Shown in pieces: positions 1-9,443 of a stretch of DNA of 20,000 bases. The position numbers and the translations under genes were made by a program. The notes under the pieces were generated by a model that saw only the letters and a list, made by a program, of their open reading frames with translations, made no database searches and was not told where the DNA came from. Origin of the DNA: Coniocarpon cinnabarinum (Eukaryota). Every line of letters starts with the position of its first letter. Positions within the stretch are counted from its first letter, which is position 1. The stretch spans positions 110,764 to 130,763 of the forward strand of contig JAVECO010000049.1 in NCBI GenBank assembly GCA_051942205.1, in the 5' to 3' direction.

Positions 1-1104
1 GATGGTCGAGAGACAGGTGCTCATGTCCTCTCCGGGTACATTGCCATCTACCTCGATGTTAGCCTCGCGTTCTTCGCGTTATTCTGCGCGTCGCGGTCGC
101 GATGAGGACATGGACGACTTACTCGTTATAGCGTAACCGGGCACCTCGTAATAGTTGCCGGCAATGCCGACTTTGAGAGTATGACTGTCTAGATTGCAGG
201 GTACCGTGTACTGCGTGCCGGTCCCATCACCCGGTACTTCTTTTCCTCCGCCGAGGGCTTTGTTGACTTTCTGCGCGTCGTCGGATTTCAACGACAAGGT
301 CGAGGTGCCAGCTGTTGAAACAGGTGTGTTAGCCTTAGATTTCTCACAAAGGAGCTGCACTAAGTACGACGAGCACTTACTGTCCAATAAGATGTCTTGT
401 GAGGTGTCTACCCCTTGGTCTTGCCCATCCACATGTATGCCATTGTATTTGACATTCCAGAAGGAGTAATCTCCTCCACTTTGGGTGGTGACCGGCTCGT
501 AATCAATCCCCTGGTCAAGATACTTCGGATCAGGGCCACCCCAATCGACTTGACCCTCAACGAGGTCGTTACCGCCGGCGGCTCCTAGCTTTCGTTGCAT
601 TCGCAGTCCAATCACGGGGGGCGACAGTTTGTCTTGCAGCCACTTCCAGCCGCCACTGAAACTGTCGCCGTCGGAGGTGCCCAGACCGAACCCCAGAGTT
701 CCAGTCATGCTATCTTGGCTAACGCTGTCGGCCCAGCCGAAATCGTGATCGAAATCCAAATCACCACCAAGGTTGATTTTGTCACTGGCAACGTTACCCG
801 AGACCTTGTTCCAACCCCCACCATAGACGAGAGAAAATGTATTGTCCTTCATATCGAGCGATGAGGGCTTTGAGCTGAACTCAGATGACTTGACCCAGAA
901 AGCGGTAGAGCCGCTGTCGAGCATAGCAGGAACTTCATCGTCGCTATCGCCGATCTTGACTTTGACGCCAGGAAAATTATGACTGTCGTCGGATAGCGTA
1001 CTTGAAGCGAAGGGCTTCTTGGTAGGTTTGGCAGTGGATGATGACGATTGAGCAACGGCGTCAGCTGCAAAGTAGAGGATAGCAATGGCTGGAGTCCAGT
1101 ACAT
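1..1104 (-). CDS. Secreted pepsin-like (A1) aspartic protease, 3' end truncated by window edge; exons 1104-381, 311-123, 47-<1
   Basis: ATG at 1104 gives a signal-like MYWTPAIAILYFAADAVAQ. First catalytic motif MLDSGSTAFWV, flap FSLVYGGG, GTLGFG, and YTVPC are present. Splicing intron 380-312 (GTAAGT..GCTAAC..CAG) rebuilds the second motif LLDTGTS. Intron 122-48 (GTAAGT..GCTAAC..TAG) continues as NGNVPGEDMSTCLSTI. Confidence 0.9.
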
Positions 1105-2099
1105 CTCCAACACGGATGACTTGCGCGATCTAAAGGAGGGTAAGTGCAAAATGAAATGAGTGATTGAAAATTGAAACACGTGTGACCAATGTGAGGCAAA
1201 CGCAAAGATCACGACAAACGAGCGTCACGCAGCAAGCGAATGTATGACATCTCGTTAGAAGATGTCGAATGCCAGTAACGGATCATCATCTGGCGACATT
1301 AAAGAGCAGTTTCAAAGCTTTGAAGGGAAGAAGCCCAAGCATCTGTCAACACGTTTCCTCTGACGTAACTGCGTAAGCCAAGCACTGGGTTGTTTCAATA
1401 AGATCTCAAGATCATACAAGGAAAGCCAAGTCGATGATTTAACGGGTAAAGGGAGCGACGAGGTATAGTTGTCCAGTTCATATGACGTGGAATCATGGAA
1501 TGCTCGGAAGAGGGTCCCCAATGGGGCCGGGCAATTATAGGCCAGGTGTCTTGCCACATCGTGTTCTGGAAACACGAGCGCGATTGACAGATTGAGGACA
1601 GCTTTCTTATTGCCAAGCTCGTGGATATTTCAGTCGCGAGAGAGGACTACTAGGCTAGCTTGAGAGGCTTTCGTGGGCAAGCTTGATATGACGCCGATGG
1701 CTGAGAACGTTGCCAGCTTGCAATGAATGAATGTGTGTGCGAGCACGGGCGTTAGATATCGGGCCGTACGTTTGGCGTGGAAGAAGGCCACGAGGCGACC
1801 AGATCACGTATGTTTTCAAATATGGCCCCCGGACTCTAAGCCAGTGTGTCAGTATTGGCGTAAGGAAAACCCTCGGACATGCACGCCAAGCCATTTTGTG
1901 TACGGAGGTATGAGTGACTTTGCTCGCCAGAAAACTTCGCAGCCTGGTGCAAGCCTCGTAGAGCTCATGTTATGAGTAGCTAGACGCAGCCATCAAATTT
2001 GGGGCGACGATTGATGTTGTGGCCGGTTTTGGGAAGCGAAAACGTCTCGTGAAGTGGAAGACGTTTTGCCAAGTGTTATTTCCAGCAGAGCCTAAGACA

Positions 2100-2126
2100 C
2101 ACGTGATCGCAGCGGAGTGTCACGTG
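2100..2126. promoter_or_regulatory. Pair of inverted RTCACGTG (bHLH E-box, Cbf1-type) motifs
   Basis: CACGTGAT at 2100-2107 (reverse complement ATCACGTG) and GTCACGTG at 2119-2126, in the divergent region between the protease and peroxin genes. Function is inferred only. Confidence 0.3.
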
Positions 2127-2854
2127 GCACAATCCTGACTTGCTGAAGAGAACGACCGTTACAATAGACGAGGGCGTCGTGTGCAAACCAAGTCCTGAAT
2201 AGGTACCTTTCGAGATATACTCGGCGCCATTCTGCTGCTCCAATAATCTCGTGCAAGCGCAGAATTTGACTGGGGATCATTTTGTGGGTGGCTGATCACA
2301 GGTCCAAGATTTGACGAACGCGTATACACCTGTTCGTGCAATTGGGTGTGCATGATTATTCTATTCAACGTAGGTGGGAACCATGCCCATTAAATGCGGC
2401 GCGGACAGGAGTGTTTTCCTCAAGAAATGTAAGACAGGGCCGTTTAGAACACATTTGAGAGTACGCCTGTTGGAGGCTTTCGAAGAAGTAGGAGGGACCG
2501 CCGAGTCATGCGGCTGAGTGAGATTACGCCGACGCATGTGATAGACAGGCCCTGCTGGCAATAGGTCGCATGTCATAGCGTGAATGATGAGATCTGCTTT
2601 AGCTGCAGCAGGTCTCTCGTCATTCGTACTGAGCACAATCATTGGATTTTGCCTGGGAGTTGTTGCATGTGCTCTGCCTCCGCGGATACCCGCGAAAATG
2701 GGTGTGAAGCAAACGCTGCTGGGGCAAACGCAGCTGCAGGCATGACGCCAGCCCGTGCAGACGAATGGCAGCTTTTGGTTTGTAACACCTCCAACCCACT
2801 GTACAGTCTGTATGTTCGCTGACACGCGCTTCTTGGTGCACAGATACGCCTTTC

Positions 2855-4765
2855 ATGTCGACCTTGAGTCCCCACAGCACTTTGGGTCCCGCACCACCTA
2901 CCGCCGCCGCTGCCACCATCAACACCACACCCGTCTACGCCGCCTTCTCTCCCACGTCATCCAGTGACAAGACTGGCCACCACCGCCGAACCACACTCTT
3001 GGTGCACCAGAAGTCTCCTCTTCTCGTTGCAACGCCGCCACAAGTCACCCGCGCGCTCGCCTACTCTCACCCGTTCATCTCTCCTCTCTCCAAGTTTGCC
3101 GGCCTGCTATCATGGTCTACGCCAGATCCTTGGGAGTCCTTCCTCCTTGTTGCAGCCTTCTGGGCCGTAGTCCTTTACGGTGATACAATCCTTCGAACCA
3201 CCGGTCCGCTTCTTTTCGCTGCCTTCCTCATCTTTGGCATGTGGAGCAGGCGCTTCTCTCCACTGTCATCAATTGGCTGGACTGTCAGCCAGCGGACCGT
3301 CAAAGACCCCGCTCGCCAACATGCACGAAAGGAATCGCAGAGTGCTAGTCATCACAAGAGCCTGGACGAGATTTTGCAGTCATTGCAGACCTTGACTACA
3401 CGGTGCAACATATTGCTGGAACCGCTGCTAGACCTAACGGATTTCCTTAGCACTCAGCATACGGCCACCACTGCCACGACACGGCCAGCTCTTACAGCAC
3501 TTTTCACTCGGCTTCTGTTTGTCACCCCGATCTGGTACGCTCTCACGCTTCCTCCACTACGCCTCATCACAGCGAAACGCATTGTCCTCGTAGTGGGCAC
3601 TCTGTTCCTCTCTTGGCATTCTCGACCCGCGCGTGTCTCAAGGATCATTCTGTGGCGGTCAAAGTCTGTCAGAAAAGCCATAGCATTGATCACTGGTCTC
3701 TCGTTTCAAATCGACGCGAGTAATAGCAGTGGTACAAGTTCCACTTCCAGCGCTGCGGGTGCCGATCGTTCTGCTGCAGCAGCTGCTGCGCAAGCAGCAA
3801 GAGATGGGAAACCCAAGGAAGGAATCCGATTTACATTCGTGCTCTATGAAAATCAAAGAAGATGGCTCGGAATCGGCTGGACGCATAGTATGATGGCATA
3901 CGAGCGGGCACCGTGGACGGATGAGTATCTGAATCCCTCTGCTTCCAAGGACGACTTCGAGCTACCAGCCGTACAGGGCGGCGCTGCGGAATGGCGGTGG
4001 TGTGAAGGTTCGAAATGGCGCATTGAAGACGATAGCACAAACGTAGAACGGGAAGCAGAGAAAAGGAAGAGGGCCGCGAGCAGTGCTTCCAGGTATAGCA
4101 CCACTTCTAGGGCCAGTGAAGGTGAGCTGGATCCGACCGATGATGACGAGAGCTGGATCTACTACAACAATAAGTGGCAAGACGGTCGCCGCAGCGTCGA
4201 TGGCTGGGGAAGGTATACCCGGCGGCGGAAATGGATACGAGACGCTGAATTGGTCGAGATTACACCGACTGCAGACATAACACCGACTCCTTCTCCCCGC
4301 ATAAGAGCAAAATATGCTGATCAAAAGTCTACCCTACCTCGAGTGGAAGACGACAATAGTAGCCTTCTCACACCTGATCGAAACGCTAAATCGCCCAATC
4401 TGGTTGCGTTGCCACCTTCGCCGGGATACGACCGTGGCTCAGACCCCATGGACAGTAACGGCAGCGCTATGTCCCCAATCAAAACGTCGACACCACAATC
4501 ATTGCCCGTCTCACCCACGAAAGAGTACAAAAGCTGGTTCAGACGGCGAAGGGACAAGTCGCACTCAAGGAGCTCAAGCCTAGCGCCGACGGTAGCCAGC
4601 ACGACAGGTGCGGCGAGCGTGACGAGCGAAGACGGTGATGCGGCAGACGGTGCGAGTATGATGAGTCGAAGCACGAGAGATGAGGATGATGATGGCTATG
4701 TGCCTATGCGAACGGCCATAGAGAAAGCATGGGTTGGGGAGGATGAGGAGAGAGAGCTGGGCTGA
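2855..4765 (+). CDS. PEX30: Integral peroxisomal/ER membrane peroxin, Pex23/Pex30/Pex31 family (Pex24p domain with dysferlin motif)
   Basis: Intronless 636-aa ORF. Contains LVHQKSPLLVATPPQVTRALAYSHPF, hydrophobic WSTPDPWESFLLVAAFW segments, dysferlin-type LYENQRRWLGIGW...ERAPWTDE...WRW...WIYYNNKW...YTRRRKWIRDAELV, and an S/T-rich tail. The exact paralog within the family is uncertain. Confidence 0.88.
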   Translation: MSTLSPHSTLGPAPPTAAAATINTTPVYAAFSPTSSSDKTGHHRRTTLLVHQKSPLLVATPPQVTRALAYSHPFISPLSKFAGLLSWSTPDPWESFLLVAAFWAVVLYGDTILRTTGPLLFAAFLIFGMWSRRFSPLSSIGWTVSQRTVKDPARQHARKESQSASHHKSLDEILQSLQTLTTRCNILLEPLLDLTDFLSTQHTATTATTRPALTALFTRLLFVTPIWYALTLPPLRLITAKRIVLVVGTLFLSWHSRPARVSRIILWRSKSVRKAIALITGLSFQIDASNSSGTSSTSSAAGADRSAAAAAAQAARDGKPKEGIRFTFVLYENQRRWLGIGWTHSMMAYERAPWTDEYLNPSASKDDFELPAVQGGAAEWRWCEGSKWRIEDDSTNVEREAEKRKRAASSASRYSTTSRASEGELDPTDDDESWIYYNNKWQDGRRSVDGWGRYTRRRKWIRDAELVEITPTADITPTPSPRIRAKYADQKSTLPRVEDDNSSLLTPDRNAKSPNLVALPPSPGYDRGSDPMDSNGSAMSPIKTSTPQSLPVSPTKEYKSWFRRRRDKSHSRSSSLAPTVASTTGAASVTSEDGDAADGASMMSRSTRDEDDDGYVPMRTAIEKAWVGEDEERELG

Positions 4766-5130
4766 ACATTATTATATACAGATAATTCTGACGAGCGACG
4801 CGAAATGATAAAGATATGCTTGCGGACACACACCAATTTTCAACCGATTACATCGTGGTAAATAGAAGCAAGCATTGAAGCTCTAAGGAGACTTGTCATG
4901 CCCAGACCGCTAAGAACATTAATTCAATATTAACAAGGAGGGGTGCCATGGTATTATTGTGATTCCAATCTAGCCCACGCACATCGTAAGACAGTGCCAG
5001 AAGTTCTTTCTCACCATCACTCAAATTGCGCAGCCTTGGCATGCCCACACTTACACTCCCAACTTCGCAAAACCATCAAAGACGACACATCAAGTCTTTA
5101 CCACGCGACTGAGAGTCGCCAACCCTCAAG

Positions 5131-5751
5131 ATGGCGATCAAACACAATCAGATGATCCCGCACAACCGTATGTGTCTCTTCCGTCACCTCATCAACGACA
5201 ACACGCGAGCTAACGACTCAAAGACTTCCGCAAGGACTGGCAACGCTACGTCCGTGTACACTTCGACCAGGTATGTCCCGCTGCTCCAATGAATAGAACC
5301 ACACCGTCAACAACTCCACGCCGTCCATCACGAGCAGTTCCCCAAATCCGAGAATCCTTGACTCCTTCGGTCTCACCCACATTTCCTGAGTCAAACTAAC
5401 ACCTCCCAGCCCGGCAAGAAAAAATCCCGCCGCACCGCCCGTGCCGCCAAAGCCGCAAAGACAGGCGCCAAACCCGTCGACCGCCTCCGCCCCGTCGTGC
5501 GCTGTCCCACCGTGAAATATAACCGGCGCTCGCGCGTCGGTCGCGGCTTCTCGCTGCAGGAACTGAAAGCCGCGGACATCAGCAAGCGATATGCGCCCAC
5601 CGTGGGGATCGCGGTGGATCATCGGCGGAAGAATCTGAGTGAGGAGGGTCTCAACGCGAATGTGGAGCGGTTGAAGGAATATCAGAGTCGTTTGGTTGTT
5701 AGGCCGAGTCGGGCGCAGAAGAGGAGAGCGGAGGGGAAGGAGAAGAAGTGA
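5131..5751 (+). CDS. RPL13: 60S ribosomal protein eL13 (L13e), short 141-aa form; exons 5131-5167, 5224-5270, 5410-5751
   Basis: Spliced product [36 protein letters not shown]...LRPVVRCPTVKYNRRSRVGRGFSLQELK...GIAVDHRRKNLSEEGLNANVERLKEYQSRLVV. Introns 5168-5223 (GTATGT..GCTAAC..AAG) and 5271-5409 (GTATGT..ACTAAC..CAG). Confidence 0.95.
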
Positions 5752-6028
5752 GGGTTTGACGACTATCAGCAGGCTTGGTGTGGCAAGTGTGGTTTAAGGG
5801 GCCTAGTACGGGAGCGACATCAGAACGCTCTTGTTGCCTGAAGGTGCAGCAGAAGCTGTATGACACTGGCGAGCACCAGCGTGTGCCATCATTCACGATG
5901 AGATGGCGTGGCGCAACGTGATCACAGCAGCCCCAAAATGATTGAGGATCGCAACAGTAGTAGCAGAATCAACGGCCATACCCGCATCATGGCATTTGCA
6001 AGCTCCTCAGCATTTCGCAAAAATACAT

Positions 6029-8260
6029 TCAACCCACCGCATTCCCCAAATCATGCTCCTTAATATACTCACTCCCCATCTCCTCAAACTCCTGTCTCGT
6101 AACCCAAGCATTCCCCGATTGTTTTTCATTCGCCCACCGTGCAGCCCCCCTCCAAGCATCCAGTCGTGGATCACTCGCCATGCGAACTCCCAACTGCGCC
6201 TCCACAGGCAAACAAGCCCGCAGCTCTCTCTTCACCCGCTCTTCAAACCCCTCAAAGAGCACATTACCACCCGTTAGAAAGACGTCTTTGAGTAGCGCCT
6301 CCCGAACGTGCTGATCGGGTAATCGCTGTGTGAGGATATCGGCTGCGATTTCGACGACGCCGGCTTGGTCCAGGCCCGCGATGCTGGGTTGGAACACAAC
6401 CTCAGGAACACGGATTCTCTCCACGTTCAAATGGACTTGATGCGCTTCCCGTTGACTCTCGGGGTCATGCGGCCGCGGCCCATGCAAGAACGAATGAATG
6501 AGTGAGCGACTCCAATCGGATTGCGCGTCGCGTGTTGATTCCTCCGTGAAATTCGGATCATACTGCAGCAGCTGCGCTTCCACGGCTTTCAAACTGGTGT
6601 TCAAATCCGTCTCCTCTTCTTCGTCGTCGGAGCCTTCTCCTGTTGCGATCGTGCGGTAAACGCCCCAATCTGCGTCGTCGGCGCCAAAGGTGTCATCATC
6701 GCCGCCGCCGCGTCGGCGTTTTTTGGTCGGGTTGTCAGATGCGAGATTCGCTATGGACTTCATCCGCATCTGACTTGCGATGCTCTTCCGATTGCTCAAA
6801 TCCGCTTTGAGTCTTGCGCGGTCTTTCATGCGCTGCAGCACTTGCCGCCGGAGGGCGTGGCGTTCCGACAGCCATTCTTGCGGATTAGCTTCACGGTGTG
6901 CCGCGTCCTGACGCTCTTCCTCTTCCTTGCGGAGACGTTCACGTTCCTTCTCGGCTTTGGCGCGGGCGCGGGCGTCGTGATTTGATTTCAGGAGACGCTG
7001 TTGCCGTTTCTGCTTCAGGCCTTCTTCGTCGAGTTGGTCGTCTGCGATGTCAAGAAGGGGGTAAGTATGCGGGACTTCGGGCTCAGGCTCCATGTCGCCA
7101 ACGTCTTTGTTACGGGCACGCTTGATGCTGCGTTCCATGTCTTTGACGCGGCGTTCGAGCTGGGCGTCATCGTCGAAGTCGTCAGACTCCAAAAGGCGCT
7201 TGCCCTCTTTTTTGTTGCTGTTTTGCACCCGCTCTTGGAGCTGTTTGTAATACTCCAGCTCCTGTTCTTTGCGGACCAGCTTCTCGAGACGCATCTTCGC
7301 CGCTTGCTCTTGGAGGCGGCGACCGCCTTCTTTGCGCTTTTCGGCGGCGCGAGCGAGCTCTTCTTCCGTTTTCTGAGCGACGACTTGCTCGGTGAAGGGC
7401 CATTGGATGATGTGTTCGCGGTCTTCGAGGCCGGTCCAGTCAAGGTAGCGGGATAACTCTGATTCGTAGTCTTGGGAGATATAGCAGTGGTCTTTGACAA
7501 GGTCTTCGAGCTGGGGATCGGTGATCCGAGCGGGAAATGAGGGATACTTCATCTTCAGCAGCTTGTTTAGATAGTCTGCGGACTGCCATCTCCCCCAGTT
7601 GAGACGGGTCGTGTGCGATAGCAAAGGTTTTTGCTCGAACACGGGGATGAGATGTGTTGATGTATAGGCTGAAGAAACGACCAGCCCGGAGGACCCACGG
7701 TTCTGGCGATATGAAAATAGAGAGTCAATGCCATACGATACTTTTGATGCGCCGTAGCATTCGAACAGGATCTCATTCGTGGTCCTGCGAGCGTAGGGAA
7801 GATTCGCGACCGGCTCGGTCATCAACACTGGCCGGTCAATGCGACCTTCTGCAGCCTCCAAGCCCAGCTTAATGAAGCAGTAATCCAGGACACCTTCCAA
7901 GACGTCCCAATTGTTGATGATATTGCTGCCTGGCTCATAGGCATTCTTGGACTGTCCTCTTGCAGTGCCATCCGCGAAAACATCAGAACCGCAGAACATG
8001 TAATATCGGTTTACGCGCCGGTCCTTGTATTTGGCCATGAGCGGAGGCATGGCCACGCGCGGATTCTTGTCGAACGCCCACCCGGCGCGCATCGCTGATG
8101 AGCCATTGTCTATGACAATCGCAGTGTCACTCTTCGACTGTTTGAATCCCGCAGAGTCCGCTGTGAGAACACCGGCAAATGGCGGTTCGCTAGCTTTGTA
8201 GATATTGGTGGGCGGCGGTTTTGGAGCGCGCTGGACAGGCTCTTCGATGGCTGAAGGCAT
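6029..8260 (-). CDS. ARP5: Actin-related protein 5, INO80 chromatin-remodelling complex subunit
   Basis: 743-aa intronless ORF. Actin fold motifs IVIDNGS, PVLMTEP, EILFECYG, HLNVERIRVPEVVFQP, VFLTGGN and DAWRGA. Has the long charged insertion typical of Arp5 (DDDTFGADDADWGVYR) and ends YIKEHDLGN. Confidence 0.95.
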   Translation of the reverse strand: MPSAIEEPVQRAPKPPPTNIYKASEPPFAGVLTADSAGFKQSKSDTAIVIDNGSSAMRAGWAFDKNPRVAMPPLMAKYKDRRVNRYYMFCGSDVFADGTARGQSKNAYEPGSNIINNWDVLEGVLDYCFIKLGLEAAEGRIDRPVLMTEPVANLPYARRTTNEILFECYGASKVSYGIDSLFSYRQNRGSSGLVVSSAYTSTHLIPVFEQKPLLSHTTRLNWGRWQSADYLNKLLKMKYPSFPARITDPQLEDLVKDHCYISQDYESELSRYLDWTGLEDREHIIQWPFTEQVVAQKTEEELARAAEKRKEGGRRLQEQAAKMRLEKLVRKEQELEYYKQLQERVQNSNKKEGKRLLESDDFDDDAQLERRVKDMERSIKRARNKDVGDMEPEPEVPHTYPLLDIADDQLDEEGLKQKRQQRLLKSNHDARARAKAEKERERLRKEEEERQDAAHREANPQEWLSERHALRRQVLQRMKDRARLKADLSNRKSIASQMRMKSIANLASDNPTKKRRRGGGDDDTFGADDADWGVYRTIATGEGSDDEEEETDLNTSLKAVEAQLLQYDPNFTEESTRDAQSDWSRSLIHSFLHGPRPHDPESQREAHQVHLNVERIRVPEVVFQPSIAGLDQAGVVEIAADILTQRLPDQHVREALLKDVFLTGGNVLFEGFEERVKRELRACLPVEAQLGVRMASDPRLDAWRGAARWANEKQSGNAWVTRQEFEEMGSEYIKEHDLGNAVG

Positions 8261-8293
8261 TGTAGCGGTCTTGTAGGCTTAGGAGAATCTACT

Positions 8294-8582
8294 CTACTTC
8301 TCCTCGGTTGGATCCTTGAGATTGTCCGTCGCTTCCAAGTGAAATAGGCTGTTCGACTGGTAATTCTTGAACATCTGCGCCACAAGCTCTACATTCATAT
8401 TCTGAAAGTTGATCTCCTGCAGGGATTTGTTGAGGACGGAGACGGCTTCATTCAGCTTCTCAACATTTGCCGTGATGCGTGAAAGTAAGAGGTTCTGCTG
8501 GTGTTCATGCGGACTTTCCTGCAGGAGCCGTGTCAGCCTCTGCAGCGGCTGCGCATTGAGGTCGTGCGAAGCGGCATACCAT
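8294..8582 (-). CDS. DAD4: DASH/Dam1 kinetochore complex subunit Dad4, 75 aa; exons 8582-8580 (ATG only) and 8518-8294
   Basis: [75 protein letters not shown] matches the Dad4 family as I recognise it. A 61-nt intron 8579-8519 (GTATGC..GCTGAC..CAG) follows the ATG directly; start context AAAATG. Confidence 0.92.
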
Positions 8583-8846
8583 TTTCCTCGATACCCATCT
8601 GCATCCGATCGTTCCGGAATATTCAAGCGGGTTCGAGGTCGGACTTTGGTCTTGGCTGCCACCAAAGCTACCTTGCACGCGGTGTTCGACGCGCCTATCC
8701 GCACGCGTTACGCGAGTCAGTGTTCTATGAAGGAACCCCAGCCGAGATATCTCGAAGTTGAGAAGCGGCGTCTCATCCTTCGCAGAAGCTCTAACCACTA
8801 CTGAGTGTATTCATTTATTCAGGGTTGAAGCGTCTTGGAAACAAAG
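8583..8846. promoter_or_regulatory. Bidirectional promoter between DAD4(-ARP5) and IES6 with clustered MCB-like ACGCG elements
   Basis: 264 bp between divergent start codons. ACGCGG at 8677, ACGCGC at 8689, ACGCGT at 8703 and ACGCGA at 8710; GAGTCA (TGACTC) at 8714. Confidence 0.55.
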
Positions 8847-9443
8847 ATGGCGCCAATCACACAAGCATCCGACGAGAGCAACCACCAAGAGCTCATGGAC
8901 AAGCTCGACATCTACGGCGTCCGCAAGCCCTTCCGCAACCCCAACTGGCGCGCCGCTCAACGTCGCAACAAGAACGTCAAGCAAATCATCTCCGAAGCCG
9001 CACGCAGAAACGAAGCATCACTGCAAGCCACACAAGAAAACAGCCGCCTCGCAACACCCACGCCCGAATCGGTCAACGGCGCGACTGAGAGCGTCACACC
9101 CACAGTCAACGGCACAGAATCCAAGCCCAACCTTGAAAAGGCGGATCAGAACCTGTCAAGGTTGGCGCTTGAGCAAAGTGCACAGCAAGTTAAGAGTGAG
9201 AGAGGAGGTGGTCCTTCGGCGCCGCCTTCGATTACATACACGAACATTGAGTCTGCGCCTTCGTTACATCCTAGTAGTCAGCGGAGATATTGCGACATCA
9301 CTGGGCTTCCAGCGCTATATACAGACCCCAAGTCGAAGCTCAGATATCACAATGGCGAAGTCTTTAACCTTGTTCGAACACTTGGCCAGCATTCAACTGA
9401 GGCTTATCTCTCAGCACGAGGGGCGCACACGGTCCTGAAATGA
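8847..9443 (+). CDS. IES6: INO80 complex subunit Ies6 (YL1_C domain), 198 aa
   Basis: ATG at 8847 (AAGATGG). N-terminal KPFRNPNWRAAQRRNKNVKQII; C-terminal TYTNIESAPSLHP...YCDITGLPALYTDPKSKLRYHNGEVF...YLSARGAHTVLK. Confidence 0.93.
   Translation: MAPITQASDESNHQELMDKLDIYGVRKPFRNPNWRAAQRRNKNVKQIISEAARRNEASLQATQENSRLATPTPESVNGATESVTPTVNGTESKPNLEKADQNLSRLALEQSAQQVKSERGGGPSAPPSITYTNIESAPSLHPSSQRRYCDITGLPALYTDPKSKLRYHNGEVFNLVRTLGQHSTEAYLSARGAHTVLK

Noticed and set aside
1300..2850. Many short overlapping ORFs in the protease-peroxin intergenic region
   Set aside because: No recognisable motifs or coherent exon structure, many have non-ATG starts, and they are consistent with chance ORFs.
2964..7872. 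Antisense and alternate-frame ORFs inside the peroxin, RPL13 and ARP5 genes
   Set aside because: Shadow ORFs expected from GC-rich codon usage of the real genes.
8261..8296. DAD4-ARP5 fusion protein by stop readthrough or splicing
   Set aside because: Two in-frame stops (TAG then TAA), and the spacer is too short for a credible intron and has no consensus donor.
8583..8704. N-terminal extension of the 136-aa ORF 8294..8704
   Set aside because: Non-ATG start that reads through promoter and intron sequence; the spliced model with ATG at 8582 gives a normal-sized Dad4.
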